A DNA stretch of 64,000 nucleotides. Source: a virus. The stretch lies in the IMG/VR virus record IMGVR_UViG_3300037420_000510, positions 325-64,324 of that record; one strand, given 5' to 3'. The notes beneath the pieces are model-generated. The model was not told the origin of the DNA. It saw only the letters and a list, made by a program, of their open reading frames with translations, and searched no databases. Made by a program: the position numbers and the translations under genes. Positions 8,241 to 17,329 of the stretch are shown here, one piece after another (the first letter of the stretch is position 1; each line of letters starts with the position of its first letter).

Positions 8241-8508
8241 TGTTCTGTCCTTTCTCTGCGCTGCTTGGTTGCTCATCCACATAGGCCCAAGGAATGCAAT
8301 CCTCTTTTCCCTCGTCCCACAGCAGCAGTTCGCCACCGCAGCAGGGCGCTACGTACTGCGGCATCGTCTTGGAAATCACACGCCCATCTGGGAATTCTTC
8401 ACGCGAGTATTCGAAGTCTTCCTTGCGCGGGTTCTTGACGATGCCGCTACCGCAGCCGCCGCAGCACCAGTTCTGGCCTGCTTCCAGTTTCGGAAGCGCG
8501 CGCATCAC
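8233..8508 (-). CDS. Hypothetical protein (Cys-rich)
   Basis: WCCGGCG...PCCGG; operon packing. Confidence 0.6.
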   Translation of the reverse strand: MMRALPKLEAGQNWCCGGCGSGIVKNPRKEDFEYSREEFPDGRVISKTMPQYVAPCCGGELLLWDEGKEDCIPWAYVDEQPSSAEKGQNNG

Positions 8509-8777
8509 TCGCCCCCTTCTTGGGTGTTAGCGGCTTGAACTGCAGTGGCGGCGCCGGGCCAATAAATTCCCTCTGGATCATCGCGACGCAGGAATTCTTC
8601 AGCCCAAACATTCATCGGCGCGCCTTCGCACTCGTCCCACAAGCTGTGGCGAATCAGGAAGGCATCGCTTACAAAGCGGGCTAACCAGTGCGGGCGCAGG
8701 ATGTAAGCGGCGAAGGCAGCAGAGGCAGCGACTTGCAGGGCGCATGCCCCGGCTAATGCGATGTCTTGGGCTTTCAT
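8505..8777 (-). CDS. Hypothetical protein
   Basis: 90-aa ORF with 4-nt overlaps. Confidence 0.55.
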   Translation of the reverse strand: MKAQDIALAGACALQVAASAAFAAYILRPHWLARFVSDAFLIRHSLWDECEGAPMNVWAEEFLRRDDPEGIYWPGAATAVQAANTQEGGE

Positions 8778-9916
8778 GCTGCATCTCCTTCCTGGGTGTT
8801 AGCTGATCCAGTCTGGAGCGCGGCCGGACGAATGGGCAGGTAGTGCGTGACTTCGACGACGTGCATGAAGTCGTAATCGCCGCCGTAGCAGTGCCATTTG
8901 CCGTCTTCCTGATAGTCGGCCATGCCAAAGCCTTCGCCGCCATCAGCAGCCACGCCGCGAACATAAAAGCTGTTGGAAACCATCAGGTCGCGGGATGTGC
9001 ATTCGTGCTCAGTCTTCGGCAATTGATCTTTGACGCTGATCCACGGATTGCGGATTGCCTCGGCGTTCTGTGCGCCGGCCTCGATGTATTGCTTGATGAT
9101 CCGCATGCAGCGAGCGTCTTCCTGCGCGGTTGCACCGTTCAGCCGGCTTTCGTCCAGAGGCGTACACATGCGGTCGAGCGCGCGACGAACATCGTCCGGC
9201 ACTGCGTTCTGTGCACCGGCAGGAGCGGCCGGAGCGGCCAGACGGCGCAACGAATCTTCGATTTCCACCATGTATTTGGTGTCGATTTCCTCGCGATCGA
9301 TCGCCGATGCGTACGCCCGATGGCATTGAGCGTGGATCAGACTCAAAACGTCAAGGCGCGTGACCGGTTCGGCCTGCGCCTGTCTTGCCAGATGCGCGGC
9401 GACAGCGTTTGCCAGAGCGAAGTCCCAGTCGTCGCCATCCATGCCATCCTGTTGCCTGATGCCGTCGCGGATCTGCTTCATGCGCACCATGCTGATCAGT
9501 TCGTTCTCGCTTTCCAAGCCGGTTGCCTGCTGCTCTGCTTTCGGTTGGCGTGCCAGGTGGGCGGCAATCGCAGCGCGGGCTATGTTGTGAGCAAAGTCGT
9601 GCAGCCACTGCGCTGACGAGACCAGCGCTCCATCCTCCTGACGGGCGTACATGCCCACTTCAGGGAATGCGTCTTCGATCTGATCGAACGTCAGATCTCC
9701 GGTCTGCTGCTCTGCGCCATCCTCGCCCATCATCTTGCCGGCCATCGACAGAATGCCGTTCAGCGTACCGGCGACAGCGTATTTCTGAGGCTGCGTGTCA
9801 GGAATGGCGGCAACAGCGGTGTCGATGATGGCAAGGTAGCCAAGCAGTTCAGCGCCCGCGGCTGCAAACGCGTTCGCAAGGGCGGTGCGGTTCTCGGTGA
9901 ATTCTCGGTTACTCAT
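8774..9916 (-). CDS. Mosaic early protein with C-terminal DUF551-like domain
   Basis: WISVKDQLP...VTHYLPI. Confidence 0.65.
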   Translation of the reverse strand: MSNREFTENRTALANAFAAAGAELLGYLAIIDTAVAAIPDTQPQKYAVAGTLNGILSMAGKMMGEDGAEQQTGDLTFDQIEDAFPEVGMYARQEDGALVSSAQWLHDFAHNIARAAIAAHLARQPKAEQQATGLESENELISMVRMKQIRDGIRQQDGMDGDDWDFALANAVAAHLARQAQAEPVTRLDVLSLIHAQCHRAYASAIDREEIDTKYMVEIEDSLRRLAAPAAPAGAQNAVPDDVRRALDRMCTPLDESRLNGATAQEDARCMRIIKQYIEAGAQNAEAIRNPWISVKDQLPKTEHECTSRDLMVSNSFYVRGVAADGGEGFGMADYQEDGKWHCYGGDYDFMHVVEVTHYLPIRPAALQTGSANTQEGDAA

Positions 9917-10365
9917 GCTGTCTCTTTCTTATTGGTTACGTCGTATGCCGGCTCGCTCCACTTGACATCGCGCGCGGCGCCGAATGCGTACAGGAACTCG
10001 ATGAACTGCGCTGCCTCTTTCACGTAGAAGTCGCGGGACTGGATGCCCAACTGAACGATACGGCGCCCATCCAGGCTCGGAATAACACGGCCGTCGTGAT
10101 GCAGCGGCGTGCCGGCGGCGCGCATCTCGTCGGCAAATTCATCGATCAAGAGCCGCTTCATGTCGTCGTCGTCCCACTTGCGGCCGATGTGCTCAACCTG
10201 CCGCGCGATGTCGCCGATCATTGCGTGATATTTCTCCTCCTGAATGCGCTTCTTGACAGGCTCGGAGAACACAACCATCCAGCCGGCCGGCGCCTCCATG
10301 CAGAAGCGCGCGGCGTTGTTGCGGGCTTGGTCATGAACCAGAAAGAAGGGGCGCTTCGCGGTCAT
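9913..10365 (-). CDS. ninB: NinB/DUF1367-like recombination protein
   Basis: QEEKYHAMIGDIARQV...WDDDDMKRLL...FIEFLYAFGAARDVKWS. Confidence 0.8.
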   Translation of the reverse strand: MTAKRPFFLVHDQARNNAARFCMEAPAGWMVVFSEPVKKRIQEEKYHAMIGDIARQVEHIGRKWDDDDMKRLLIDEFADEMRAAGTPLHHDGRVIPSLDGRRIVQLGIQSRDFYVKEAAQFIEFLYAFGAARDVKWSEPAYDVTNKKETA

Positions 10366-10586
10366 GCCGTCACTTCCCTGCGCAGCGCGGCGAAGTCGGT
10401 GCGGATCAGGCGCTCAATCAACTCGACTGCAGTCAGGTCAAATGCCTCAACCAGAGCATCGAGCATCTGGATATCGGTCGGGCCATCGTCGAACAGATCG
10501 GCCGCGTCGACCAGGTGCGGATACTCGGTAGCGCCGGCGTCGTGTAGGAACTGCGCTACCAGTTCGTTGGCGTGTGCGAGGGTCAT
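10362..10586 (-). CDS. Hypothetical protein
   Basis: 74-aa ORF with 4-nt overlaps. Confidence 0.55.
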   Translation of the reverse strand: MTLAHANELVAQFLHDAGATEYPHLVDAADLFDDGPTDIQMLDALVEAFDLTAVELIERLIRTDFAALRREVTA

Positions 10587-11764
10587 GCTGCCACCTCATT
10601 GGCTTGGACTGCGTTGATGTGACGGACCAGGGCGGCACAGATTGCCGGGAAATCCGACTCGTGATACAGCTTGGCCGACTTGTCGGTGGCCGCCGGCGCG
10701 AAGCCAAGGCGCATCAGGCCATCAGACGTCAGCGCAATGGGCGTCAGGCGCTCGTTGATCTGGCCGAGGCGCAGTGTCGGCGCGGTGACGGGCTCCGCCG
10801 CTGCCACACGTGCGACATCAATGCTGGTTACCGCCGCCGCCAGCGTGGCCTTGGCTTCGCGATGACCTTGCAGTCCTTCTATCAGCATTTGGTGCGCCGG
10901 ATGAGTGCTAGGCGCCGAGTCCTGTACGACCGGATCCGGCGTGGCCGGAGTAACGGCTACCTCCTGGAAGTCCGGGTCAAATTCCGCGTCGACGGCGCCC
11001 TCGACTGGACAGCGCAGCACGCCTTCATACATGCGCACCATTTCGTCGAACTGCGCCAGGCGCTCGACCATGTCGTCGATGAAGGCGTCATCACGGAACA
11101 CGCGCTTTACGAACAGGTCCTTGCCGACGGCAGCCAGGTCCGGCACGTACATGATGAAATCCGTCCACTTCCGGCCGGTGATCCACATGCCGCCCTGCAT
11201 CTGATGGTCGTACTCGGACGTGTCGCCGGTTGCCCACATGGCCAGGATCTTCGTGCTATCGATCGGCGCCTTGATCTCAATGAGCCCGTCGTCGTCGACC
11301 AGGCCATCGGTGCTGTAGCCGAACACACCGTCGTCGGTCAGGCAGATTCCGGCCTCGGTGACGAAGGCGCCCGTACGACCTTCGTAGATGCGGCGTGCAG
11401 CTGTCTCCATCTCGTGACCGCGCTCCAACACCCAAGCCTTTGGCGGCTCTCCGTGCGGCTTGCCGCTGATGCGCTCGATCGCCAAATCGGCCGCGTAGCG
11501 CTTGGCGATATCTGACGGCTGCCCGACCTCTTCACCAGCGAGAGCGCGCCGTACGCTCTCTGCGGTCGGCGCAGCCTTATAGCCGGCCGCGGCCAGCGCG
11601 ACCTTGGAGTCCGCGCCGCCGCGGATCGCCGCGACGTACTGGGCCTGCTGCTCGGTCAGACCGCCGACCATCGATATCGCGTCTGCGAAGCACGACGCGG
11701 TGATTTTGCCGCAACGGGCGGCGTGCCAGGACTCGGTGCCCTGATTGCATTCGACGAAGATCAT
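10583..11764 (-). CDS. YqaJ/lambda-exonuclease-family nuclease
   Basis: QGTESWHAARCGKITAS, ERGHEME, YSTDGLV, IEIKAP, QMQGGMW. Confidence 0.9.
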   Translation of the reverse strand: MIFVECNQGTESWHAARCGKITASCFADAISMVGGLTEQQAQYVAAIRGGADSKVALAAAGYKAAPTAESVRRALAGEEVGQPSDIAKRYAADLAIERISGKPHGEPPKAWVLERGHEMETAARRIYEGRTGAFVTEAGICLTDDGVFGYSTDGLVDDDGLIEIKAPIDSTKILAMWATGDTSEYDHQMQGGMWITGRKWTDFIMYVPDLAAVGKDLFVKRVFRDDAFIDDMVERLAQFDEMVRMYEGVLRCPVEGAVDAEFDPDFQEVAVTPATPDPVVQDSAPSTHPAHQMLIEGLQGHREAKATLAAAVTSIDVARVAAAEPVTAPTLRLGQINERLTPIALTSDGLMRLGFAPAATDKSAKLYHESDFPAICAALVRHINAVQANEVAA

Positions 11765-12552
11765 GCTGCTTCTCCTGCGGTGCGTTGGTAATCTATGTCT
11801 TCGGCGCTCGCAGCCGGCGCTGCGGCGGGCTGCTCGGTCGCCTGCACGTCGATCGTGTTCGCTTCCTCGGCGGCCTGGCGCAACTTCAGTCGATGCGCCG
11901 TGATCGCCTCCTTGAGCTTCTTGTGGTCGGCCGGCTGGTTCGCCAGTTGGCCGTTATGGGCCTTCCAGTAGTTCAGCGCATCGGCGTCGGAGACGGTCTG
12001 TTGCGCCTGCAGGATTAGCGCATCCACATCGACAGTGCATTCAACTACGTCTGCCGCACCCATGTGCCTCATGGCCGCCGGGCCCATGTCCTGCGCCTCC
12101 TCAACGGTCAACATCCCGCCAATCGCGCCCGGGAACACCGCGCGAACGCCCTCGGCAATGCAGCGAGCGCGCAGCATGGCTTGCGGGTAGTTCTTCCAAT
12201 TTTCCTTACCAGTCAGGCCGGCTTTCTTCGCCTGTTCAAAGGTCCATTCCACCCGCAGTGAGCCGCCTTGCTTGTGGGAGAACGTGCCAGCGGCACGGGT
12301 TGGCGTGATCTCCTCCCATGCCACGGAGCCGCCAGCCGCTTGAAAACGGGCCAAGATCGAATGAGTCTTGCGCGCTGGGCGTCCCTGCACGATGTCGAAG
12401 TCCTGAATCGCAGTCATCGGGTGACACCCTTCCGCTTGGGCGAGCATCATCAAGCTCATGGCCTGCGATTCATCTTTGGCGCCAAAGAGCTTGGATCGAA
12501 CGATGTAGCTGGCCATGCTCTCCATCTCTTGAAACGGTACGATGTTGCTCAT
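11761..12552 (-). CDS. Single-strand annealing protein (Red beta/RecT-like)
   Basis: DIVQGRP, WKNYPQAMLRARC, VRAVFP; adjacent to the exonuclease. Confidence 0.75.
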   Translation of the reverse strand: MSNIVPFQEMESMASYIVRSKLFGAKDESQAMSLMMLAQAEGCHPMTAIQDFDIVQGRPARKTHSILARFQAAGGSVAWEEITPTRAAGTFSHKQGGSLRVEWTFEQAKKAGLTGKENWKNYPQAMLRARCIAEGVRAVFPGAIGGMLTVEEAQDMGPAAMRHMGAADVVECTVDVDALILQAQQTVSDADALNYWKAHNGQLANQPADHKKLKEAITAHRLKLRQAAEEANTIDVQATEQPAAAPAASAEDIDYQRTAGEAA

Positions 12553-13061
12553 AATGTGTTCCCCTCGTGTAGTTCGCGCTTCGCTTTAACGTAGCTTTCG
12601 TGTGCGGCCAGCTCGGTATCGAAATAGCCCAAGAACTTCTGCCTTCCATCCGGTCCAGCAATGTGCGCACCCCACTTGCGATGCTCCTTCTTCCACGAGA
12701 CACCAAGGAACTGGCTGGACCGTCCAGTACTGCGGTTACATGCTCGTCTACGGTTTTGCTGATTCACTTGCAGTGTCACGTCGCGAAGATTTTCGATCCT
12801 GTTGTTTGAGCGGTTGCCGTCCATGTGGTCCACCGCATGCATCGGCTCGGCACCTGTCATATAGAAGATGGCAAGTCGATGCGCGTAATACTTCTTCCCA
12901 TCGATGCAAATGACGATGTACCCAAACCTAGATACATGGCCCGCCGCCTGACCAAGCCTAGCTCCGCCGCCTCGCAACGTCCGGTTCCAGGTGAAGATTC
13001 CTGTCTCCGGGTGGTATGTGAGCAATTCCTTCAGGCGTTCAATGGCAAGGGCGTTACTCAT
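12549..13061 (-). CDS. HNH endonuclease with AP2-like C-terminus
   Basis: AHRLA...VDHMDGNRSNNRIENLR; GVSW...LGYF. Confidence 0.9.
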   Translation of the reverse strand: MSNALAIERLKELLTYHPETGIFTWNRTLRGGGARLGQAAGHVSRFGYIVICIDGKKYYAHRLAIFYMTGAEPMHAVDHMDGNRSNNRIENLRDVTLQVNQQNRRRACNRSTGRSSQFLGVSWKKEHRKWGAHIAGPDGRQKFLGYFDTELAAHESYVKAKRELHEGNTL

Positions 13062-13116
13062 CTCGATCTCCAATTCGTGCTGCGTTCGTTAATCGGTAGG
13101 CGTCGGGCGACGTCGA

Positions 13117-13251
13117 TCAAGCCGGCAGCCCCGTAGCGGCAATGACAACGGCGGAGACAATGCCCAGGATCGTCAGACCGGCAAGCTTGATCATGGCGAC
13201 AAACCGTTCAGCCTCGGTGTTGCGAAACACTTGTTGCGTATGGCGGTCCAT
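13117..13251 (-). CDS. Small membrane peptide (44 aa)
   Basis: MDRHTQQVFRNTEAERFVAMIKLAGLTILGIVSAVVIAATGLPA; RBS GAGGAG. Confidence 0.55.
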   Translation of the reverse strand: MDRHTQQVFRNTEAERFVAMIKLAGLTILGIVSAVVIAATGLPA

Positions 13252-13307
13252 GGCTTTCTCCTCGTTGATGTGGTGCTACCAGTTTTGGATTTGTTTGCGG
13301 CGGGCGA

Positions 13308-13490
13308 TCACGACGCATCCTCGATCTTGTCGCCGGTCTTTTCAGACGCGACGATCGCGCCTAGCCAAGTAGCGGCGAAGAGGAACCACCCCCATCCGGG
13401 TTTGCCCTCATACGCAAGATGGCTGGCAGAGAGTGCGCAGGCGATTGCAACAAGCATGCGTCCGACGACGACCAGAGTTATGGGCTTCAT
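13308..13490 (-). CDS. Small membrane protein
   Basis: Two hydrophobic segments, GWGWFLF. Confidence 0.55.
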   Translation of the reverse strand: MKPITLVVVGRMLVAIACALSASHLAYEGKPGWGWFLFAATWLGAIVASEKTGDKIEDAS

Positions 13491-13744
13491 TTGGCACGCT
13501 CCGCCAGCATGGCGTCCGCCTCTCTGTACGCAGCCGCAGCTCGTGCGGTTGCGCCGATGCCCTGATCCATAAGGGCCTGCATCGCCTTCGCCGCGAAGTA
13601 GTCGCGCAGCGTCATGCCGGAGAAGTGATGGCCATGTTTATGGCCGGCCGGGACGTTTGCGCCAGTCACCGGATCAATCGCCGGTCCGTCGACCACGAAT
13701 GTCTGAGGAAATGCATATCCGCCGTCGTTACGTCGTTCCATCAT
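13487..13744 (-). CDS. Conserved hypothetical phage protein
   Basis: GGYAFP...GMTLRDYFAAKAMQAL. Confidence 0.75.
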   Translation of the reverse strand: MMERRNDGGYAFPQTFVVDGPAIDPVTGANVPAGHKHGHHFSGMTLRDYFAAKAMQALMDQGIGATARAAAAYREADAMLAERAK

Positions 13745-14041
13745 CTCTATCCTCGTTCAGCCGACACCGCCGGCGGTTGTTGTTCGGGTGTGGCAAGTCG
13801 GGCTACTTTCACTTCTCCCGATCCTTGGCACACTCGTGCCGGGCATATCGGGGCATGGGTACTAGCCATGCGGCTACGGTCATGCGGTGCCACACAGAAG
13901 CAACCTTCAGCCTTCCGATTGCTGAAGCCCCTCGCGGCGCCGGATGCCCTGCAGTGCATTCCCCCGGCGCGGCGTGCGCATTCTCGAAGTCGCGCCGCTG
14001 CTTCTGTCTGGTGACTGGCTTACGACCAGTCAGGCGTCCTG

Positions 14042-14254
14042 CTACGCGCCAGTGCGCGCCACTTCAGTCGCGCCTGCAGCCTTGCCGTGCTGGTAGATAG
14101 CCCACACGTCGTGCTGTTGAACCATCGGCGCAACGCGTCGCGCCCAGGCTTCAACTCGCATACGCTCTAACGCGGTATCGCAGTAGCCACAATCAAGTTG
14201 GCCCCATGTCTGTTTCGACAGGCTGCCAGTGTTATTGCAATGAGGGCAGTTCAT
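14042..14254 (-). CDS. Hypothetical zinc-finger-like protein
   Basis: CPHC...CGYC. Confidence 0.6.
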   Translation of the reverse strand: MNCPHCNNTGSLSKQTWGQLDCGYCDTALERMRVEAWARRVAPMVQQHDVWAIYQHGKAAGATEVARTGA

Positions 14255-14637
14255 GCGAGCACTCCGTTATTCCACAGCCAGCGCATGGCGCGCTCGGATA
14301 GCGATGCCTCGTCGCGGCGCTTCTCCGCGTCCGCCAGATCGGCCTGCGCCAGCGGAAGGACATAGGCGTAGATCGCGTCGTTCACGACCTTGGCTATGCG
14401 CTCGCCGACCACTTCGGATTTGCCCTGCACGGCTGCGCGCACCAGCGCTTCAGCCTCGTCGATGTCGCAGTTCAGGCTCAGGTCGCCGAACTGCTCGCCG
14501 GTCTTTTCGGCAACGGCGCGTACGATGGCCTTGCGGCCGGCGATGATGTCTTTCTCGGTTGCTTGGGTGCGGGCCGCGATCAGGCGCTGCAGCAGCAGAT
14601 CGCTATCCTCGGCGACTTCGGACATGCGGGCGTTCAT
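14251..14637 (-). CDS. Hypothetical protein
   Basis: 128-aa ORF with 4-nt overlaps. Confidence 0.6.
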   Translation of the reverse strand: MNARMSEVAEDSDLLLQRLIAARTQATEKDIIAGRKAIVRAVAEKTGEQFGDLSLNCDIDEAEALVRAAVQGKSEVVGERIAKVVNDAIYAYVLPLAQADLADAEKRRDEASLSERAMRWLWNNGVLA

Positions 14638-14861
14638 GCGGCCTCCGCAGCTTCAAACTTCGTGCAGGTCGGCTTGCCGTCGGCTCCGTAGCACCACTCG
14701 ACCGGGTACTCAGCATCTGTCACGTCGTAGGCCATCGTGTTGCCGATGATTTCGCAGACGCGCTCACCAATACCGCCATCATCGTGCTTGCACTGGTAGC
14801 AGTGGCGGGACATGAAGCCTTCGCCTTCGGTGCCGTTGCTCGGCCTATACAGGTTGTTCAT
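14634..14861 (-). CDS. Conserved hypothetical phage protein
   Basis: YRPSNGTEGEGF...CYQC...PTCTKF. Confidence 0.7.
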   Translation of the reverse strand: MNNLYRPSNGTEGEGFMSRHCYQCKHDDGGIGERVCEIIGNTMAYDVTDAEYPVEWCYGADGKPTCTKFEAAEAA

Positions 14862-15187
14862 GCTGTCTCCGTTGCAGCAAGAGCTTCGTGATAGACGCAC
14901 TGGAAGCCAGCTTTGACGAGCTCGCCGCCCGGCACGCACTCAGCACAGGCGTGATCTGGCAGGCCGGGGCCGCGCTGAACGATCCACTTGGCCCAGATCG
15001 CATGGCTGTTGCAGGCTCGGACGATAAAGGCGGCGTTGGCGTGCATCTCGTCTTTGCGTTCGGCATACTCGAACCGAGTGCAGAGGACGGTTGCGGTGTT
15101 GAGGTTCGGGCCATCCAGGATGTCAAACATGCCTTCTGGTTGCAGGCTTGCGAACCACGGCGTCGGCGTGTGAATCGTGTTGCTCAT
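14858..15187 (-). CDS. Hypothetical phage protein
   Basis: HTPTPW...ANAAFIVRACNSH. Confidence 0.7.
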   Translation of the reverse strand: MSNTIHTPTPWFASLQPEGMFDILDGPNLNTATVLCTRFEYAERKDEMHANAAFIVRACNSHAIWAKWIVQRGPGLPDHACAECVPGGELVKAGFQCVYHEALAATETA

Positions 15188-15462
15188 CGTGTTCTCCCGT
15201 CGTTATCTGATGGACTGCGTTTGATCAGTTACAAGGGAATCGGCTGCCCGGGTTTCCCCGTTCGCTCCGTGACAGCCGCCGCATACGCCTCACGGAATGG
15301 GCGCATGCAGCACAACCGACTCTCTTGTAACGACCGTCTAGTTCCGGCCTGCCAGGTATGCCGCGCGTCCAAAAACCTCGTGGAGATCGAGGGGAACCGG
15401 ACTTCCAATACGCACATGCCTGCTGGCGTTATGTCCCGACGTCCAGCTGCGGTCTGCTGAAA

Positions 15463-15705
15463 TTAGTGCGACTGCTCAATGTCCCTGTACTGGTACGGCT
15501 TGAGCGGCTTGTCCAATCGGAGCGCGTCGACTTCAGCGCGCGCTTCCTCCAGCAGTTCTGGGTCGGGGCACATGCACTGCGCGATTGCACTCAGATAGCC
15601 GCGCTGGAAAATCCGGTCGTATTCGTCGGCCGGGTGCTTGGCGATGCGCAGGTTGTCGATCAGGATGCGCAGCGCGATGTCGCCGGGGCGTGTGAAGTTC
15701 GACAT
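15463..15705 (-). CDS. Hypothetical protein
   Basis: RBS GAGGAG; 80 aa. Confidence 0.6.
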   Translation of the reverse strand: MSNFTRPGDIALRILIDNLRIAKHPADEYDRIFQRGYLSAIAQCMCPDPELLEEARAEVDALRLDKPLKPYQYRDIEQSH

Positions 15706-15715
15706 GGCGCGCTCC

Positions 15716-15862
15716 TCAACGATCGCAGCGGGTGTTCTTGGCCGGGACGTTCAGCCCCCATCCCAACTGCCTACGGACCTCTGCCGGCGCCGGCGGTACA
15801 GTCTTTTCCTGCTGGCGTTGCTGGAACCACTGGCGGACCTGCTCTTTCGACGGTAAGGACAT
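15716..15862 (-). CDS. Small hypothetical protein (48 aa)
   Basis: MSLPSKEQVRQWFQQRQQEKTVPPAPAEVRRQLGWGL...; GGAG RBS; not in the ORF track. Confidence 0.6.
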   Translation of the reverse strand: MSLPSKEQVRQWFQQRQQEKTVPPAPAEVRRQLGWGLNVPAKNTRCDR

Positions 15863-15874
15863 GATCGACTCCGA

Positions 15875-16006
15875 TTAGTGAGCTTTCAGGGACAACAGAA
15901 TTTGTTCCGCCATGTGCTGGGTCCACCAAGCCAGGTGGCTGCCAGCTACCGTGGTGAGTACGACGGCAAAGAGGCACATTGCGGCGTAGGCGATTGCGAT
16001 TTTCAT
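15875..16006 (-). CDS. Small membrane peptide (43 aa)
   Basis: MKIAIAYAAMCLFAVVLTTVAGSHLAWW...; starts 3 nt after the upstream stop. Confidence 0.55.
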   Translation of the reverse strand: MKIAIAYAAMCLFAVVLTTVAGSHLAWWTQHMAEQILLSLKAH

Positions 16007-16009
16007 GGC

Positions 16010-16192
16010 TTAGGCCGGGAACTTGATCGCCGGGACGTCGAACCCATCGGCCATCAGGTTCGCTTCCACGTGGTTGATGATCGGGTTGCCGCGCCAGGCC
16101 TTCGAGAAGCGGAAGCCGGTCAGGCGCATCACTGGCGCCGCGATCACGGCCATGGCGCGCATGAACTGGTAGTGGGTTTTGCTGACGTCCAT
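16010..16192 (-). CDS. First gene of the leftward early operon, hypothetical
   Basis: MDVSKTHYQF after a GGAG RBS. Confidence 0.55.
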   Translation of the reverse strand: MDVSKTHYQFMRAMAVIAAPVMRLTGFRFSKAWRGNPIINHVEANLMADGFDVPAIKFPA

Positions 16193-16235
16193 GGTTTGCT
16201 CCGTTGTGGTGGGTTTGCGCTGAACCAATGAGTCA

Positions 16236-16264
16236 AGTTTAGAGCGCGCTAAACTCTACGTCAA
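16236..16264 (-). promoter_or_regulatory. pL-like promoter with operator
   Basis: Minus strand TTGACG-N17-TAAACT; palindrome TTTAG-AGCGCG-CTAAA at 16238-16253. Confidence 0.75.
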
Positions 16265-16481
16265 GCAAAATCTAAACGGTTTAGAAGAAAATTTAGCGGA
16301 GATTACAACAGGCGAAAAAAATCCCGCATCGGCGGGTTTGGTCGGCAACAGATTTGCCAGCAGACTTTCCGTGGCTGTTGGAGTCGTGCAACTTTATCAA
16401 CTATATTTCTTTTTCCCTGCTGCTGCAGGGGTAGTATGGACGAGCGAGCGGCACGCTCAGGTGCCGTCATGGGAGACTGAA

Positions 16482-17111
16482 ATGAAGAATCTAGCAATGG
16501 CAGGACTAGCCGTATGCTTCGCTTCCGGATGCGCCACGTCAACCAACTACACTCCACCTGACCAAGTCGCGGTGACCAATGCAATCAGGGTGGACCGGCC
16601 CTTCGATAACGTTTGGGACCAACTCGTCAGGGAATTGAGCAGTGATTTTTTCGTGATAAAGAACATCGACAAAAACTCACGAATTATCAACATATCCTTT
16701 ATGAGTAATAAGCCATCCGACTACGTGGATTGCGGGCGCAGCTTCCATAAATCCAGTGGCATATTTACAGGTGAGCCTACGCAGTACAACACTGCCGATT
16801 CGGTAACTTTCTACACGAATGACCTTCTTGGCCAAGCTTACACTGTCAGGAGGACGACCAGGCTTGAGGGGCGCACTAACATTTATGTCGCACCAGAGGG
16901 GCAGGGCACGAATGTCATTGTCAACACGAAGTATGTATTGGGCATGAATATCGTGACCACAGCATACGACGGGCGTCAAACTGGTCAGGCGTCGACGGCA
17001 ATCGACTTTTCCACGAAGAGCCCGGCGCTACCAACGCCTACCGAAGTCGGTTGTTCGACAAAGGGTGTGATCGAAGGGAAGATCCTGTCATTCGTGAGCA
17101 CGAGGACGTAA
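16482..17111 (+). CDS. Lipoprotein moron (209 aa)
   Basis: MKNLAMAGLAVCFASGC signal/lipobox; GGAG RBS; AT-richer than its flanks. Confidence 0.75.
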   Translation: MKNLAMAGLAVCFASGCATSTNYTPPDQVAVTNAIRVDRPFDNVWDQLVRELSSDFFVIKNIDKNSRIINISFMSNKPSDYVDCGRSFHKSSGIFTGEPTQYNTADSVTFYTNDLLGQAYTVRRTTRLEGRTNIYVAPEGQGTNVIVNTKYVLGMNIVTTAYDGRQTGQASTAIDFSTKSPALPTPTEVGCSTKGVIEGKILSFVSTRT

Positions 17112-17309
17112 GTCACGTAAGATCACTGCGGCACGTCTCTTGCCCGTAGCTGAACGGGCTTTCTCACACTTCCCCTTGAGGTCGCGCGCTACGGCGCGCA
17201 CCTTTGCCGCTCGCGCCATCCTCGCATCTGACTAGCACCGACCAGCGAAGTTCTCTACATTGCCATGGCCACATTTTCGTGTGGTGCTTTGGTTTAGAAT
17301 ACTATACAC

Positions 17310-17329
17310 TACTGTACAAACGTACAGTA
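17310..17329. promoter_or_regulatory. LexA (SOS) box
   Basis: TACTGTACAAACGTACAGTA, CTG-N10-CAG. Confidence 0.85.
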
